64,000 nt of DNA from Verrucomicrobiia bacterium (lineage in GTDB: Bacteria > Verrucomicrobiota > Verrucomicrobiia > Limisphaerales > UBA1319): positions 2,624,001 to 2,688,000 of the forward strand of contig OY760937.1 of assembly GCA_963664225.1 (NCBI GenBank), in the 5' to 3' direction. Numbering within the stretch: position 1 is the stretch's first letter; each line of letters opens with the position of its first letter. A program made the position numbers and the translations under genes. Below are positions 20,247 to 34,192 of this stretch, in pieces. The notes beneath the pieces are model-generated. The model saw nothing but the letters and a program-made list of their open reading frames with translations, searched no databases and had not been told where the DNA came from.

Positions 20247-20465
20247 GTGCATCGACAGCCACATCGTAAAATCCTTGGCGATACAATCCGAATTTATCGC
20301 CAGCAAGCCGGCTTCACCCAGGAGAAGCTGGCTGAGGCCGCCGAATTGCACCACAACTTCATTGGCGAGGTCGAACGCGGCAATATGGAATGCTCGGTGA
20401 CTTCGCTTGTGAGAATTGCAAAGGCCCTCGGCGTGCGCGTTCGCGACCTAGTCGGCGATATTTAG
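20247..20465 (+). CDS. XRE-family HTH transcriptional regulator
   Basis: LGDTIRIYRQQAGFTQEKLAEAAELHHNFIGEVERG...LVRIAKALGV matches HTH_3; GTG start chosen. Confidence 0.85.
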   Translation: MHRQPHRKILGDTIRIYRQQAGFTQEKLAEAAELHHNFIGEVERGNMECSVTSLVRIAKALGVRVRDLVGDI

Positions 20466-20494
20466 GGCTGGGTTTCCTTAGTGCAGGCACCAGA

Positions 20495-24223
<3,729 letters not shown>

Positions 24224-24262
24224 TTGTGGGAAGTGGCAGCCCCGCAGGCGGCCACGGGGGCA

Positions 24263-24291
24263 AATGTAACGGGACCGGGCGGTAAAGGCAA
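24263..24291 (-). promoter_or_regulatory. Putative sigma-70 promoter of metH
   Basis: Minus strand TTGCCT-N17-TACATT, about 40 nt upstream of the ATG. Confidence 0.55.
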
Positions 24292-24304
24292 ATTAAAAAT
24301 CAAC

Positions 24305-24324
24305 GCATCAAGATACGTCGATAT
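24305..24324. promoter_or_regulatory. SahR-like (ArsR-family) operator upstream of metH
   Basis: GCATCAAGATACGTCGATAT is an imperfect palindrome resembling the ATATCAA-N6-TTGATAT box of SahR regulons (consensus recalled, not computed). Confidence 0.55.
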
Positions 24325-24472
24325 GTTCATAAACACCCCGCAAGGATTCCACCTTCGCGCAGAGGCAAAACTGAGTTCGCCGGATTATGGAGTCGTGGCT
24401 TCAGGTTTAGCCGCAAGCGATGTCATCATGCGGTTTGACGCGTTCGGAGAATTCGATAGTTTGACCAGACCA

Positions 24473-25957
24473 ATGGCAAAGGTTATCGACACCCGTGTGA
24501 TCCTTCGTGGAAGCAAGAACTCCAGGACGCGTGCTGGAATCGCACTGGCCGCCCTGGTCTGCGCGGTCGGGCTTGGCGCGGCGGAATTTAGCTGGACCTG
24601 GACCCCGGCGCCCGGCGATCCAATGCCAACCGCCACCGTCTGCCCGCTCAAGTATGACAAGACCTGGGCTTACGCAATTGAGATCGATGACGGTCCCAAG
24701 TGGGTGCCAACTTTTGCCGTGCCGTTCGTGGCCCAATACCACTACACCGACGCGCCTCCGGGTGTGCGTGGCGGAACCGCGCGGCCGTTTGTGGGCTCGG
24801 TGTCGGTGATTGTCGGCGCGACAGGCAATAACGACAGCGCGCTCAATTGGGACGAGCTCAACCAATTGATCGACACGGGCTGGGGGGTGATGAATCACAG
24901 TTTCGATCACCGCGCCAATCATTGGAGCGGGCCAGCGGCGTTATTGAATCCGCAGCAGGCGCGCGAGGACGCCTATTGGAGCCAGAGTATTTTCGCCGCG
25001 CATCTGCGCGGCGGCCGCGTTCCCACAGGCGCGGTTTATGCCAATGGTTACACCGGCTACAATCTCGAGAATGCCATGTCCGAATGCGGGATTGGCATTG
25101 CCACGCGCGTGGGCGGTGGCAGTCCGCGGGATGTCTGCAGCCCGGACGTGAAGTGGATGGATTTCACGCGTTCCTACCTGGATGAGAGTGTGTGGTCCAA
25201 CGAATCGAACAAGAGCCAGCCGATGGCCGACTTTCCAAACGCGGACAAGGCGGGTCCCGAGATCAACAGCCTGATGATCGATTTCACGCATGGAATCGAG
25301 CGAACACCCGACTCCGCGAACCAGGAACGCTGGCGCACGCGCCTCAAAACCATCGAGAGCCGCTGGGGGTCGGGCGGCGCGGACACGCTGTGGTGCGCTC
25401 CCACGGCCGAGGTCGCGGATTATGTGCGCGCGGCAAAAGCGGCCAGGGTCACTGTGGACGCAGGCAGGGTTTCTGTTTCGCTTCCAGAGAACATTCCCGG
25501 CAGCGCAATCACACTGCGCATTGCCGGCATTGGCGCGAAAGCTTCGGTGCGAGCCCCCGATGGCGGCGTGCTTTATCGTCAGGGCGACACCGTGGTGCTG
25601 ACCTCCCCGCGCATCGGCCTGTGGGGAGCGTCCCCGCCGATCCCGCGCCTGAAACGCGTTTACGAGGGACCGGCGGTATCGGTGAATTTCCCCAAGGCGG
25701 TGGGCGTTGCCGGTGTGACGTTGCGTGTGTTTGGCAATCCAACGTCGGCAGTCCCCTACCGTCTGGCCGTGCGCACGGGCGATGGTGAGAAAGTGTTCGC
25801 ACAACGCACCGTGGGCCCCGGCTGGGTCGTTGGCAGCCAGCTATGTCCCATTGTTCCCACCAGTCCGCCCATCGTCGGCACCGCCCTGGTGGTTGAGGCC
25901 CCCGATCCCTTGAAAAGCATGACCGTCTGGGCCGTGGAGAATGTGGGCGCTCGTTAG
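24473..25957 (+). CDS. Secreted protein with polysaccharide deacetylase (NodB/CE4)-like domain
   Basis: Hydrophobic signal ending LGA|A; AIEIDDG (CE4 motif 1-like) and VMNHSFDH (motif 2-like). Start uncertain. Confidence 0.7.
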   Translation: MAKVIDTRVILRGSKNSRTRAGIALAALVCAVGLGAAEFSWTWTPAPGDPMPTATVCPLKYDKTWAYAIEIDDGPKWVPTFAVPFVAQYHYTDAPPGVRGGTARPFVGSVSVIVGATGNNDSALNWDELNQLIDTGWGVMNHSFDHRANHWSGPAALLNPQQAREDAYWSQSIFAAHLRGGRVPTGAVYANGYTGYNLENAMSECGIGIATRVGGGSPRDVCSPDVKWMDFTRSYLDESVWSNESNKSQPMADFPNADKAGPEINSLMIDFTHGIERTPDSANQERWRTRLKTIESRWGSGGADTLWCAPTAEVADYVRAAKAARVTVDAGRVSVSLPENIPGSAITLRIAGIGAKASVRAPDGGVLYRQGDTVVLTSPRIGLWGASPPIPRLKRVYEGPAVSVNFPKAVGVAGVTLRVFGNPTSAVPYRLAVRTGDGEKVFAQRTVGPGWVVGSQLCPIVPTSPPIVGTALVVEAPDPLKSMTVWAVENVGAR

Positions 25958-26037
25958 AATGGGATCCAGCAACGACGAACGGGTCACAAGGAATCCCGCT
26001 GGCCAGTCAGGCTGACTTATGGCAGGGTCCACTGCAT

Positions 26038-26841
<804 letters not shown>

Positions 26842-26889
26842 TCCTATTTGCAGAAACGCCGAATTCCGGAGGCGCTTTCATTTTGTCCC

Positions 26890-26916
26890 TAAACTATCCG
26901 CGAAGGTTGCCGATGA
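26890..26916 (+). promoter_or_regulatory. Sigma-28 (FliA-type) promoter
   Basis: TAAA-N15-GCCGATGA. Confidence 0.7.
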
Positions 26917-26923
26917 AATAAGT

Positions 26924-27364
26924 GTGGCATACTTGCACCCACTGGGAAACCGTTGGAAGTCCTCGCTGGCTGAGCCCCGCAAAGCCGGATTTGGGACATT
27001 GCGTCAGCAGATCACCCACACCTCATTACGCCAGGCCAGGGCGATCCATGAGCGTTCTCTGGCGCTCACAGCCCTGGTGCTGATCAACGATTGGCCGGCA
27101 TCGATCCGGCAGGCTCGGATTGTGGCCGCCGATTTGCGGACATTGACCGTTTTACTTGGTTTTTATCGCGACGTATGCGCGGACACAGGCGCCTCGCACG
27201 ATCCGGAAGTCATTGCGCAATATCGCCGTGAATCTCAACTTCTGCTCGTTCAGTTGTCCGGCATCGAGCTTGAACAAAATAATCTCGCCCTTTCAGATTG
27301 GTTGGAATACAATGTGGCCCCATGGACCAGCAGCATGGCAACCAACCTCCAAGGAATGGGCTGA
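26924..27364 (+). CDS. Hypothetical helical protein (146 aa) behind a sigma-28 promoter
   Basis: GTG-started ORF 7 nt after the -10 box; Leu/Ala/Arg-rich with no recognisable motif. Confidence 0.55.
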   Translation: MAYLHPLGNRWKSSLAEPRKAGFGTLRQQITHTSLRQARAIHERSLALTALVLINDWPASIRQARIVAADLRTLTVLLGFYRDVCADTGASHDPEVIAQYRRESQLLLVQLSGIELEQNNLALSDWLEYNVAPWTSSMATNLQGMG

Positions 27365-27729
27365 CGCCACGGATGTTTTCCAAGCCAGGGGCGCAAGAGC
27401 AATGCAATCGCTCCGTTCCCCCGCGCGCTTCGAGTCTGGCGGTTCTGCAATGTGTCTTTCTTCGTCCCCGAGTATTCGTCAAAGTCATCCGCCGCCGTTT
27501 ACGGTCAGCGCGGCGCAAGTAAGCCGCCGCCAGTGATTCCGTGGGGGAGGCAAGGCAACTGTTGAGTTATGTACATCTAGTTTGAGGGCAGTATCTTGTG
27601 AAAGTCAGTCCATGTGGCTTCCCTGGTTCGCAAAATATTGCTTTAATCAGACATCCTCATGCGTGCAACTCTCTCTGTTAGACGGGTTTCGTGCATGCGG
27701 GGCCTGCAATTTTTTGAAAAAATAGCGTC

Positions 27730-27756
27730 TAAAGTTTTGGCGGAAAGTGCCGATAA
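27730..27756 (+). promoter_or_regulatory. Sigma-28 promoter, perfect consensus
   Basis: TAAAGTTT-N11-GCCGATAA. Confidence 0.85.
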
Positions 27757-27810
27757 TTAAAATGCATTGAATGAACCTTGCGCCTGCCACGGAAGGAAAA
27801 ACACGTGCGA

Positions 27811-28080
27811 ATGGATACCAATTTAAATTTGAGCCAGACGACCAGGACATGGTCGGACTCTCGGGCAGGATCCCAACCGATTCAACCTTCGGACTGGGAC
27901 AGGCCAAAGCGTCACCAAACCAATACGCTCAAGGCCGCGCTACGAAAAGAACCGGACGTTCGCCCGGATCAAGTGGAAAAAGCCAGACGATTGATTGGTC
28001 TGGCTCAATGGCCCACGCGTGGAACCATTCGTCGTTTTTCAGCTCTCCTGGCTGCCAATATGTCCGAACGGCTGGAGTAA
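27811..28080 (+). CDS. flgM: FlgM-like anti-sigma-28 factor
   Basis: 89 aa with a disordered S/T/Q/P-rich N-half; C-terminal LKAALRKEPDVRPDQVEKARRLIG resembles FlgM PDVRxxKVxxIKxxI; consensus sigma-28 promoter and GGAAGGA RBS upstream. Confidence 0.65.
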   Translation: MDTNLNLSQTTRTWSDSRAGSQPIQPSDWDRPKRHQTNTLKAALRKEPDVRPDQVEKARRLIGLAQWPTRGTIRRFSALLAANMSERLE

Positions 28081-28149
28081 GCGAGGACGCGAGCCGCCCT
28101 CATTTCCGCATCGCAACGCTCCATCCAATCTGGCCGGTGGCGTGCAAAG

Positions 28150-30384
28150 TCACGGTTTGATCCCAAAGCGTTTTAACACCGTTGGCGGGGCGTTGGTTTC
28201 CAGCGGCGGCGGCGGTTTCAATTGGCTCAAGGCGCTCGGATCAATCTTCGCCAGCGCGTTGGTGACTGATCTAAACATCTTATTCTTTTCCACCCCATCT
28301 GGCGTCATATCCAAGGCTTGAATCACGGCGGGAACGGCCGATTTGGCCTTGGGACCAATGGCTCCCAAAGCTTCAACAACCGATCGACGGTGATCCCGTG
28401 AACTCCTGGCATCAATGGCCTGCTCAGCAAACACGGTGATGCATGGTTCGAGATCCATACCTTTCGAGGACAGGCTCCGTGCCGCGATGAACTGGACGTA
28501 TGAATTCGTGTCCTTCAACAACTTTTGAATTTCCGCGGTGCATTGGCGGTAATCGGCGGAATTAGTGTCTGCGTTGTCAAAGTGGCGTGTCAGCGGGTAG
28601 ATGCCGTTGATGCGAATGTTCGGATCCGTATTCGTGAGGGCCCGGCGCAGGATGGCCTGTGCGGCAGGCAGGTCGCGGTATGGGCCCCATGAGAGAGCAC
28701 TAAAGGCTCTTTGGGCATTATTCGGCTGATCCACTGCGGCGCTAATTTCCTTGAGGACCAACTCCGGTTCTTCGCCGGTTTGGTATGCTTGATAGGCGCG
28801 CGGACTAAGACCTATTTGCTGCCTCTGACGCTCTATATCCCAGGCCTTCGCAACAAAGAACGGGACGCCGATCAGGATCGTTGCGGCGGCGCTCACGATG
28901 ACGAGTTGGAATCCCGCCCGCAGCGGCGCCTCCAACCGACGGTAGTTCAGATAGTTAAGCCAGTGAATGATGGCCAGCATGAGCACTCCACAAATCACAC
29001 CGAACCAGGTGCAACCGAGTCCGAGCGTGGCAGACAACGAATACACATTATCGAAAAGTTCATTGCCATAGTTGTTCCAGTTGCTCATCCCACACAGAAC
29101 CCCCGTGAGAATGAGCGTCTCCATGGTCAGAACGAGGGCGCGCATGCTGGTCCGGGCGAGGCTGGAGGCGAACATAGCCAAAGTGCAGAGCAAGAGACTG
29201 CTGCCGCCCAACGAAAAGGCGATCATAAAAAATTGGAACGAGAACATGCTCTCCGCGCCCGGTTGAAAAGGGCCCGGGTGTGCGAGTAGCGCCAGCGCCA
29301 CCAGACCCACAACAAACGGGAGCACAATGCCCAGGACAATGCAGTGCGCGTAGGCCACCGCGATTTTGATCAGCCACTGCTTCCGATGGGAGGGCGGCAG
29401 GGTCAGGTGCCAGTCGAGCACGCCCATCTGGCGTTCCTCGGCCACAACCCCGGCGCCAACGGTAAATGGAATGATGAGGCCGCAGATAAACACCACCACG
29501 ATGACCAGATTCATAATGATCTGATCGTCCCGCGGCTCGGGCACTGTGCGGACGTAAATCGGGTTGTAGGCCATGAGCAGGCCACTGGCCAGAATCATGA
29601 AACCGGCAATGATGTAGCTGACATCGTGCAGCCGGAACTCCTTGGCCAATATCCTTCCCCAGGCGTTTCCCTGGATGTGTGGCTGGGCGGTGGCCGCCGC
29701 GCCGGTACGCCCGATCCACGGCATCCATGCAGGCATGCGAATGGCCGCGCTCGGGAAACCGGAGGTTTGGAGGTTCAGGAATTGGTTCTTGCCCATCTGA
29801 TGGATCGCAATGGCCATGAGCAGGAGCGGAAGACCAAAAACACAGAAGACGGCATTGGCCTCCGAGGCACCCGGTCCCATATCTTTCGGCATAAGCAGTA
29901 AGACAGTGACAACCCACATCAAAGGCGCCCCCAAGGTTGAAACAACCGCCGCAATTCCATTGCCCATGGTCAACGACATGAAAGGCCCCGCGCTCAAGGC
30001 CCACACAATGGGAAAGATCAGCCAAAACAACGCGAAGATGCCCTCACCCACGGTGCCCAGTTCCCCCCCGCTATTCATCAATGCAAAGGCACTTGCGGGA
30101 AGGAGCGTGAGCAAGGCCATACGGAGCATGCTCATTTTATTGCGCCAGATTTGCCGGCGCGAGACCGGCTGAGCGAGGAGCAAATCCATCGTCTGGTGGT
30201 TCCACTCGGTGCTGAAACTGGCGCAGGCCAGGAGCGCGCAGCCGAGCACGTAGCCGGTGATGCTCCACACGGCGGCGGCCTGGGGCGCTGCCACCAACCA
30301 AAATAGCGGAATGACTGGCAGGAGAAAGGCCGCAATCCAGAATGGCCCCAACGACCGGATTTCCTTGATTGTTTGGACGTTCAT
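28150..30384 (-). CDS. ABC-2-type permease (duplicated membrane domain) fused to C-terminal HEAT repeats
   Basis: Two copies of the KE...E.....T..LL..P.SR motif (EWNHQTMDLLLAQPVSR; EERQMGVLDWHLTLPPSH); tail has LLKDTNSYVQFIAARSL and EALGAIGPKAKSAVPAVIQAL. Confidence 0.85.
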   Translation of the reverse strand: MNVQTIKEIRSLGPFWIAAFLLPVIPLFWLVAAPQAAAVWSITGYVLGCALLACASFSTEWNHQTMDLLLAQPVSRRQIWRNKMSMLRMALLTLLPASAFALMNSGGELGTVGEGIFALFWLIFPIVWALSAGPFMSLTMGNGIAAVVSTLGAPLMWVVTVLLLMPKDMGPGASEANAVFCVFGLPLLLMAIAIHQMGKNQFLNLQTSGFPSAAIRMPAWMPWIGRTGAAATAQPHIQGNAWGRILAKEFRLHDVSYIIAGFMILASGLLMAYNPIYVRTVPEPRDDQIIMNLVIVVVFICGLIIPFTVGAGVVAEERQMGVLDWHLTLPPSHRKQWLIKIAVAYAHCIVLGIVLPFVVGLVALALLAHPGPFQPGAESMFSFQFFMIAFSLGGSSLLLCTLAMFASSLARTSMRALVLTMETLILTGVLCGMSNWNNYGNELFDNVYSLSATLGLGCTWFGVICGVLMLAIIHWLNYLNYRRLEAPLRAGFQLVIVSAAATILIGVPFFVAKAWDIERQRQQIGLSPRAYQAYQTGEEPELVLKEISAAVDQPNNAQRAFSALSWGPYRDLPAAQAILRRALTNTDPNIRINGIYPLTRHFDNADTNSADYRQCTAEIQKLLKDTNSYVQFIAARSLSSKGMDLEPCITVFAEQAIDARSSRDHRRSVVEALGAIGPKAKSAVPAVIQALDMTPDGVEKNKMFRSVTNALAKIDPSALSQLKPPPPLETNAPPTVLKRFGIKP

Positions 30385-30392
30385 AACGCGCG

Positions 30393-31283
30393 CTATTTGA
30401 GGGTTGCCACGAAGATTTCTTCCAATGCCAGCGCCTCGCTGAACACCGATTCGGGGCGCAGTGTGCTGATTTTGTCCATGAACGGTTTCCCGTTTTCGCG
30501 GACCAGCAGTTCCACTTCCCGGGCCTCCTGATGCTTTTGGAGAATCTCGGGGAAATTGATCACGGGCGGCTCCTGGGCAAACCGAAGGCGGAAGCGTTTG
30601 TATTGCAGGCGCGCCGCGTCGGCCTCGAGTGTGAGCAGCGCCTTGCCCTGGTCGATGATTGTGAATTCATCGATCAATCCCTCGAATTCCGAGATCAAGT
30701 GGGTGGAGACAAAGATCGTGCGATTGCCCGGGTCGGTTTCCTGGTAGGCGCCGATGACGGTTTCAATAAACTCGCGCCGCACAATGGGATCCAAACCGGA
30801 AGTGGGTTCGTCCAAAATCAAGAGTTCCGGCTCGGGACACACCGCCGCAATGAGCGCCACCTGAACGCGTTGTCCGCGCGAGAGGGTGCTTGTCTTCTGG
30901 TCGTAGGGCAGTCGGAACTGGCTGACCAACTGGCTTTCGGTTGCGGAATTCCAGTTTGGCCGGAACGAGGCCAGGTAGCGGAGCGTGTCGCGGATGGTCA
31001 TCCACGGGTAGAACGCCACGTTATCCGGCACATAGGCCAGGCGGGATTTCACGGCCACCTCGTCGCGCGTGGGGTCCAGTCCAAACAGGCGCACCGATCC
31101 CGACGTGGGTTGCAGGAGGTTGAGCAGGCACTTGATCGTCGTGGTCTTGCCCGCGCCGTTGCGTCCAAAGAATCCATAGCACTTGCCCGGCTGCACGTTG
31201 AGCGTCAATCCATTGACCGCGTCGGTCTTGCCATATTTGCGGACGAGCTTGCTGATGTCGATGACAGGGGAGGAATTATTCAT
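30393..31283 (-). CDS. ABC transporter ATP-binding protein (YtrB-like)
   Basis: GRNGAGKTT, LSRGQ, LILDEPTSGLD, STH. Confidence 0.95.
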   Translation of the reverse strand: MNNSSPVIDISKLVRKYGKTDAVNGLTLNVQPGKCYGFFGRNGAGKTTTIKCLLNLLQPTSGSVRLFGLDPTRDEVAVKSRLAYVPDNVAFYPWMTIRDTLRYLASFRPNWNSATESQLVSQFRLPYDQKTSTLSRGQRVQVALIAAVCPEPELLILDEPTSGLDPIVRREFIETVIGAYQETDPGNRTIFVSTHLISEFEGLIDEFTIIDQGKALLTLEADAARLQYKRFRLRFAQEPPVINFPEILQKHQEAREVELLVRENGKPFMDKISTLRPESVFSEALALEEIFVATLK

Positions 31284-31314
31284 ATCAGGTCGTGGGTTAT
31301 GGGTTGTCAGTCAA

Positions 31315-31731
31315 TCATTTGGGTTGCATGGGGTCCGATCCGCTGGCGTTCCCGGTCCTAAAAGTGGCGAGACGGTCTTTGGCGATTTTCAGAAAATCCT
31401 CGTCGCCCACCTGCAGGTGATGGGCCTGAACGATCGCCGCATCGATATCCCCGGTGAGCATCTCCCGGCGGACCTCCCAGGTGAATGGGGTGTGGTTCTT
31501 GGCCAGAAAACAGCCCTTGCCGGCGAGGGTCTCAATGACCCCCTGGCTCTCCAATTCGGCGTAAGCCTTGGCCACGGTGTTGCGGTTGATGCGCAATTGC
31601 TCCGCCAGGGTGCGAATGGTGGGGAGGGGATCGCCGGGCCGCAGGGAGCTGGAGGCGGCGGCGGCCTTGATCTGATCGACCACCTGAAGATAGGCGGGCT
31701 TGCCCGAATTGAAATGGAGTTGAATGATCAT
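31315..31731 (-). CDS. GntR-family regulator, YtrA subfamily
   Basis: PAYLQVVDQIK...LPTIRTLAEQLRINRNTVAKAYAELE...GKGCF; short C-domain; first gene of the ABC operon. Confidence 0.93.
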   Translation of the reverse strand: MIIQLHFNSGKPAYLQVVDQIKAAAASSSLRPGDPLPTIRTLAEQLRINRNTVAKAYAELESQGVIETLAGKGCFLAKNHTPFTWEVRREMLTGDIDAAIVQAHHLQVGDEDFLKIAKDRLATFRTGNASGSDPMQPK

Positions 31732-31747
31732 AGGGCGTTCATAACTT

Positions 31748-31771
31748 AGTGTCCTATGACACTATGACAGT
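31748..31771. promoter_or_regulatory. Putative YtrA-type GntR operator
   Basis: AGTGTC-N12-GACAGT imperfect inverted repeat 16 nt upstream of the GntR start; resembles AGTGTA-N13-TACACT of Bacillus YtrA. Confidence 0.65.
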
Positions 31772-31946
31772 CTGTCTGCCCCGCGTCAAAAGGATTTTGA
31801 AAATATTTTTAAATGGATTGAAAAGGGTGGGAAAGAAACTGGTGAAAGGGGGACTCAGGCCGGGCAGATACGCAGGCCCAATGTCCCAGCAAACAAGGGC
31901 CGGGCTGAAACCAACGCTGAAATCTTACAGGCCGACTCGATCCCCC

Positions 31947-32396
31947 TCAGCGGGGGTACGTGCCGGAAATATAATCCTCGAGCTGGCCTATGGCGACGTT
32001 CTGGGCGGAGATGATCCAGTTGACCAGGTTGCCGATGGAGACAACGCCGACCACCCGCTCCTCTTCGACCACAGGCAAATGACGCACGCGGTTGTCATTC
32101 ATCAGGCGCATGCATTCCTGCACCGTGTGCCGGGGCGTGACCGTGACCAGGCTGGTGGTCATGATCTCGCGAACGAGCGTTTCCTTTGAAGATTTGCCTT
32201 TGATGGCGATCTTGCGGGTGTAATCGCGCTCTGAAAGCATCCCCACCAGCGCACCGTTCTCCATGACCAGCACCGCGCCGAGATTCTTTTCCGCCATGAG
32301 GCGGATGGCTTCAAACACGGTTTGGTCAGGGGTGACACTCCACACGTCGTGTCCCTTGAGCCCGAGCACCGCATCGATTGTTCCGTTTGGATTCAT
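31947..32396 (-). CDS. CBS-domain pair protein
   Basis: GMLSERDY, MRLMNDNRVRHLPV, GVVSIGNLV. Confidence 0.93.
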   Translation of the reverse strand: MNPNGTIDAVLGLKGHDVWSVTPDQTVFEAIRLMAEKNLGAVLVMENGALVGMLSERDYTRKIAIKGKSSKETLVREIMTTSLVTVTPRHTVQECMRLMNDNRVRHLPVVEEERVVGVVSIGNLVNWIISAQNVAIGQLEDYISGTYPR

Positions 32397-32636
32397 AAAT
32401 GATCGCTATTTCCAGCCTCACCCCACTTTTCCACACTTGCCTGCGCGCCACGGCACAACCCTCCCGACGAACCCAACTGTGACGCGCGGTATTTTACGAA
32501 TTCAAATGTAAACGATCATGGAAGATTTTGCGAATTATTCGACGCCCTGATTCGAGGAAACCCCCTTTTGCTTCATGCGGAACGGTTGTTGTGCCACGGA
32601 GAGCTTGCGCAATGGGTTGGGCTTTGCCAAGAATCC

Positions 32637-33590
32637 ATGCGCATGACGCCATCCAACGGCAACACCGCTCCCGCTCCGGCCTGGATCCGGTTCGCACCAG
32701 GTCTGTTGATCCTGGGCTGGTGGCTTTATGACCTCCAGTATCAGTGGCGCGCGCTGGTGGATTACCAATACGGATACATGGTCGCTGTGCTGGCGGCCTA
32801 TCTGGTATGGGAACGGATGCCCGCCCGTCCGCTTGAGGACGAACCCGCTCCGGCGTGGCTGTCTGGCAGCCTGGTGTTTCTGGGCGCGCCGCTGGTCCTG
32901 TTCGCGGAGCTTTACAAACGGGGGGTGGCCCCCACGCCCATGGCCAGTTTCATGCTGAGCATCGGGTGCGTACTTTTCATGAGCGCGTTTTTGCTGGCGG
33001 GCTTTGGGCGGCGAACCTGGTGGCATTTCTTCTTTCCGTTAATGTTCATGTTTGTGGCGGTGCCCCTGCCGAATTTCCTGTGGTCGCCGGTGGTCAACAC
33101 CCTGCGTGGCGGCATCACCACGATGGATGTGGAAACCCTCAAGCTGCTGGGAGTGCCCGCCGTGCAATTGGGCAACGTGATCCGGCTGCCAACCTGCGAG
33201 GTGGGTGTGGATGAAGCGTGCAGCGGCGTACGCAGTCTGCAATCCAGCATCATGGCGGCGTTATTCATTGGAGACCTGGTTTTCCGGCGAACCAGTTCAC
33301 GGGTGTTGTTTCTGGGCGCGGGAATACTGCTGGCTTTGCTGGGGAATTTCCTGCGATCCCTTTACCTGTCCTTTGTGGCGCACCGGCATGGCATCGACGC
33401 CCTTCATAGCGTTCACGATGCGGCGGGTTGGAGCATTCTGGCCTTCACGGCCATCGGCCTGATCCTCTGCGCCTGGGGCGTCACGCGCCTGGAAAGCGGC
33501 CTGGCCGCGCGCGTTGAGGAATTGAAGGCCAAATCGCGCGCCGCAACGAATCCGCCACTGGACAAATCCAGCTCTCCCCCGCTAGTGTAG
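32637..33590 (+). CDS. Exosortase/archaeosortase family protein
   Basis: Multi-TM; catalytic triad contexts VDEACSGVRS (Cys), GNFLRS (Arg), VHDAAG (His); N-terminal YQYG motif. Confidence 0.9.
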   Translation: MRMTPSNGNTAPAPAWIRFAPGLLILGWWLYDLQYQWRALVDYQYGYMVAVLAAYLVWERMPARPLEDEPAPAWLSGSLVFLGAPLVLFAELYKRGVAPTPMASFMLSIGCVLFMSAFLLAGFGRRTWWHFFFPLMFMFVAVPLPNFLWSPVVNTLRGGITTMDVETLKLLGVPAVQLGNVIRLPTCEVGVDEACSGVRSLQSSIMAALFIGDLVFRRTSSRVLFLGAGILLALLGNFLRSLYLSFVAHRHGIDALHSVHDAAGWSILAFTAIGLILCAWGVTRLESGLAARVEELKAKSRAATNPPLDKSSSPPLV

Positions 33591-33654
33591 CGCCTGCGGT
33601 GGTAATCGCCGCTTCCCCCCCACAAATGAGAGGTTTGGGGGATGACATTGGACT

Positions 33655-34140
33655 ATGAGCCAGGATTGGTATGTGGCGCACACGCGCCCGCGCTGTGAGA
33701 AGAAACTCGTGCAATATTGCGCGCGTGAGGGCTTTTCCACCACGCTGCCGCTCTACCATGTGCTGCACAAATACCGCGGCAAAACCGTGGAATTCCAAAA
33801 GCCGCTCTTTCCGGGCTATGTGTTCCTGCGCCTTGAAAAACCGGAGCGCCAGAAAGTCTATCAGAGCGATTATGTGGCCAACTTGCTTGAAGTGGTGGAC
33901 CAGGTGCTCTTCGAACATCAGTTAAACGACATTCTTCAAGCCATCGATACCGGCATGGATGTCTGCCTGGCTCCGCAAATCACGGCCGGAGACCGGGTGC
34001 GCATCAAATCCGGCCCGTTGCGTGGCATGGAGGGCCTGGTCGAAAATCGCAAGGGCCAGGTGCAGGTCCTTTTACGACTGGATTTCATCAGTCAGGCGGC
34101 CGCAGTCAGCATGGAAGCGGACAACCTCGAACTGATTTGA
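33655..34140 (+). CDS. Specialised NusG paralog (UpxY/RfaH/LoaP-like antiterminator)
   Basis: WYVAHTRPRCEKK, PLFPGYVF, KOW motif GDRVRIKSGPLRGMEG. Confidence 0.9.
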   Translation: MSQDWYVAHTRPRCEKKLVQYCAREGFSTTLPLYHVLHKYRGKTVEFQKPLFPGYVFLRLEKPERQKVYQSDYVANLLEVVDQVLFEHQLNDILQAIDTGMDVCLAPQITAGDRVRIKSGPLRGMEGLVENRKGQVQVLLRLDFISQAAAVSMEADNLELI

Positions 34141-34192
34141 CCGGTTTCCCACTGGAAACCCGTTCCGATCCCTTCATTCCGCCATTCCACAT

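Noticed and set aside
24224..24300. Cobalamin or SAM riboswitch upstream of metH
   Set aside because: The GGGAAG-like words are on the wrong strand and the predicted leader is only about 35 nt.
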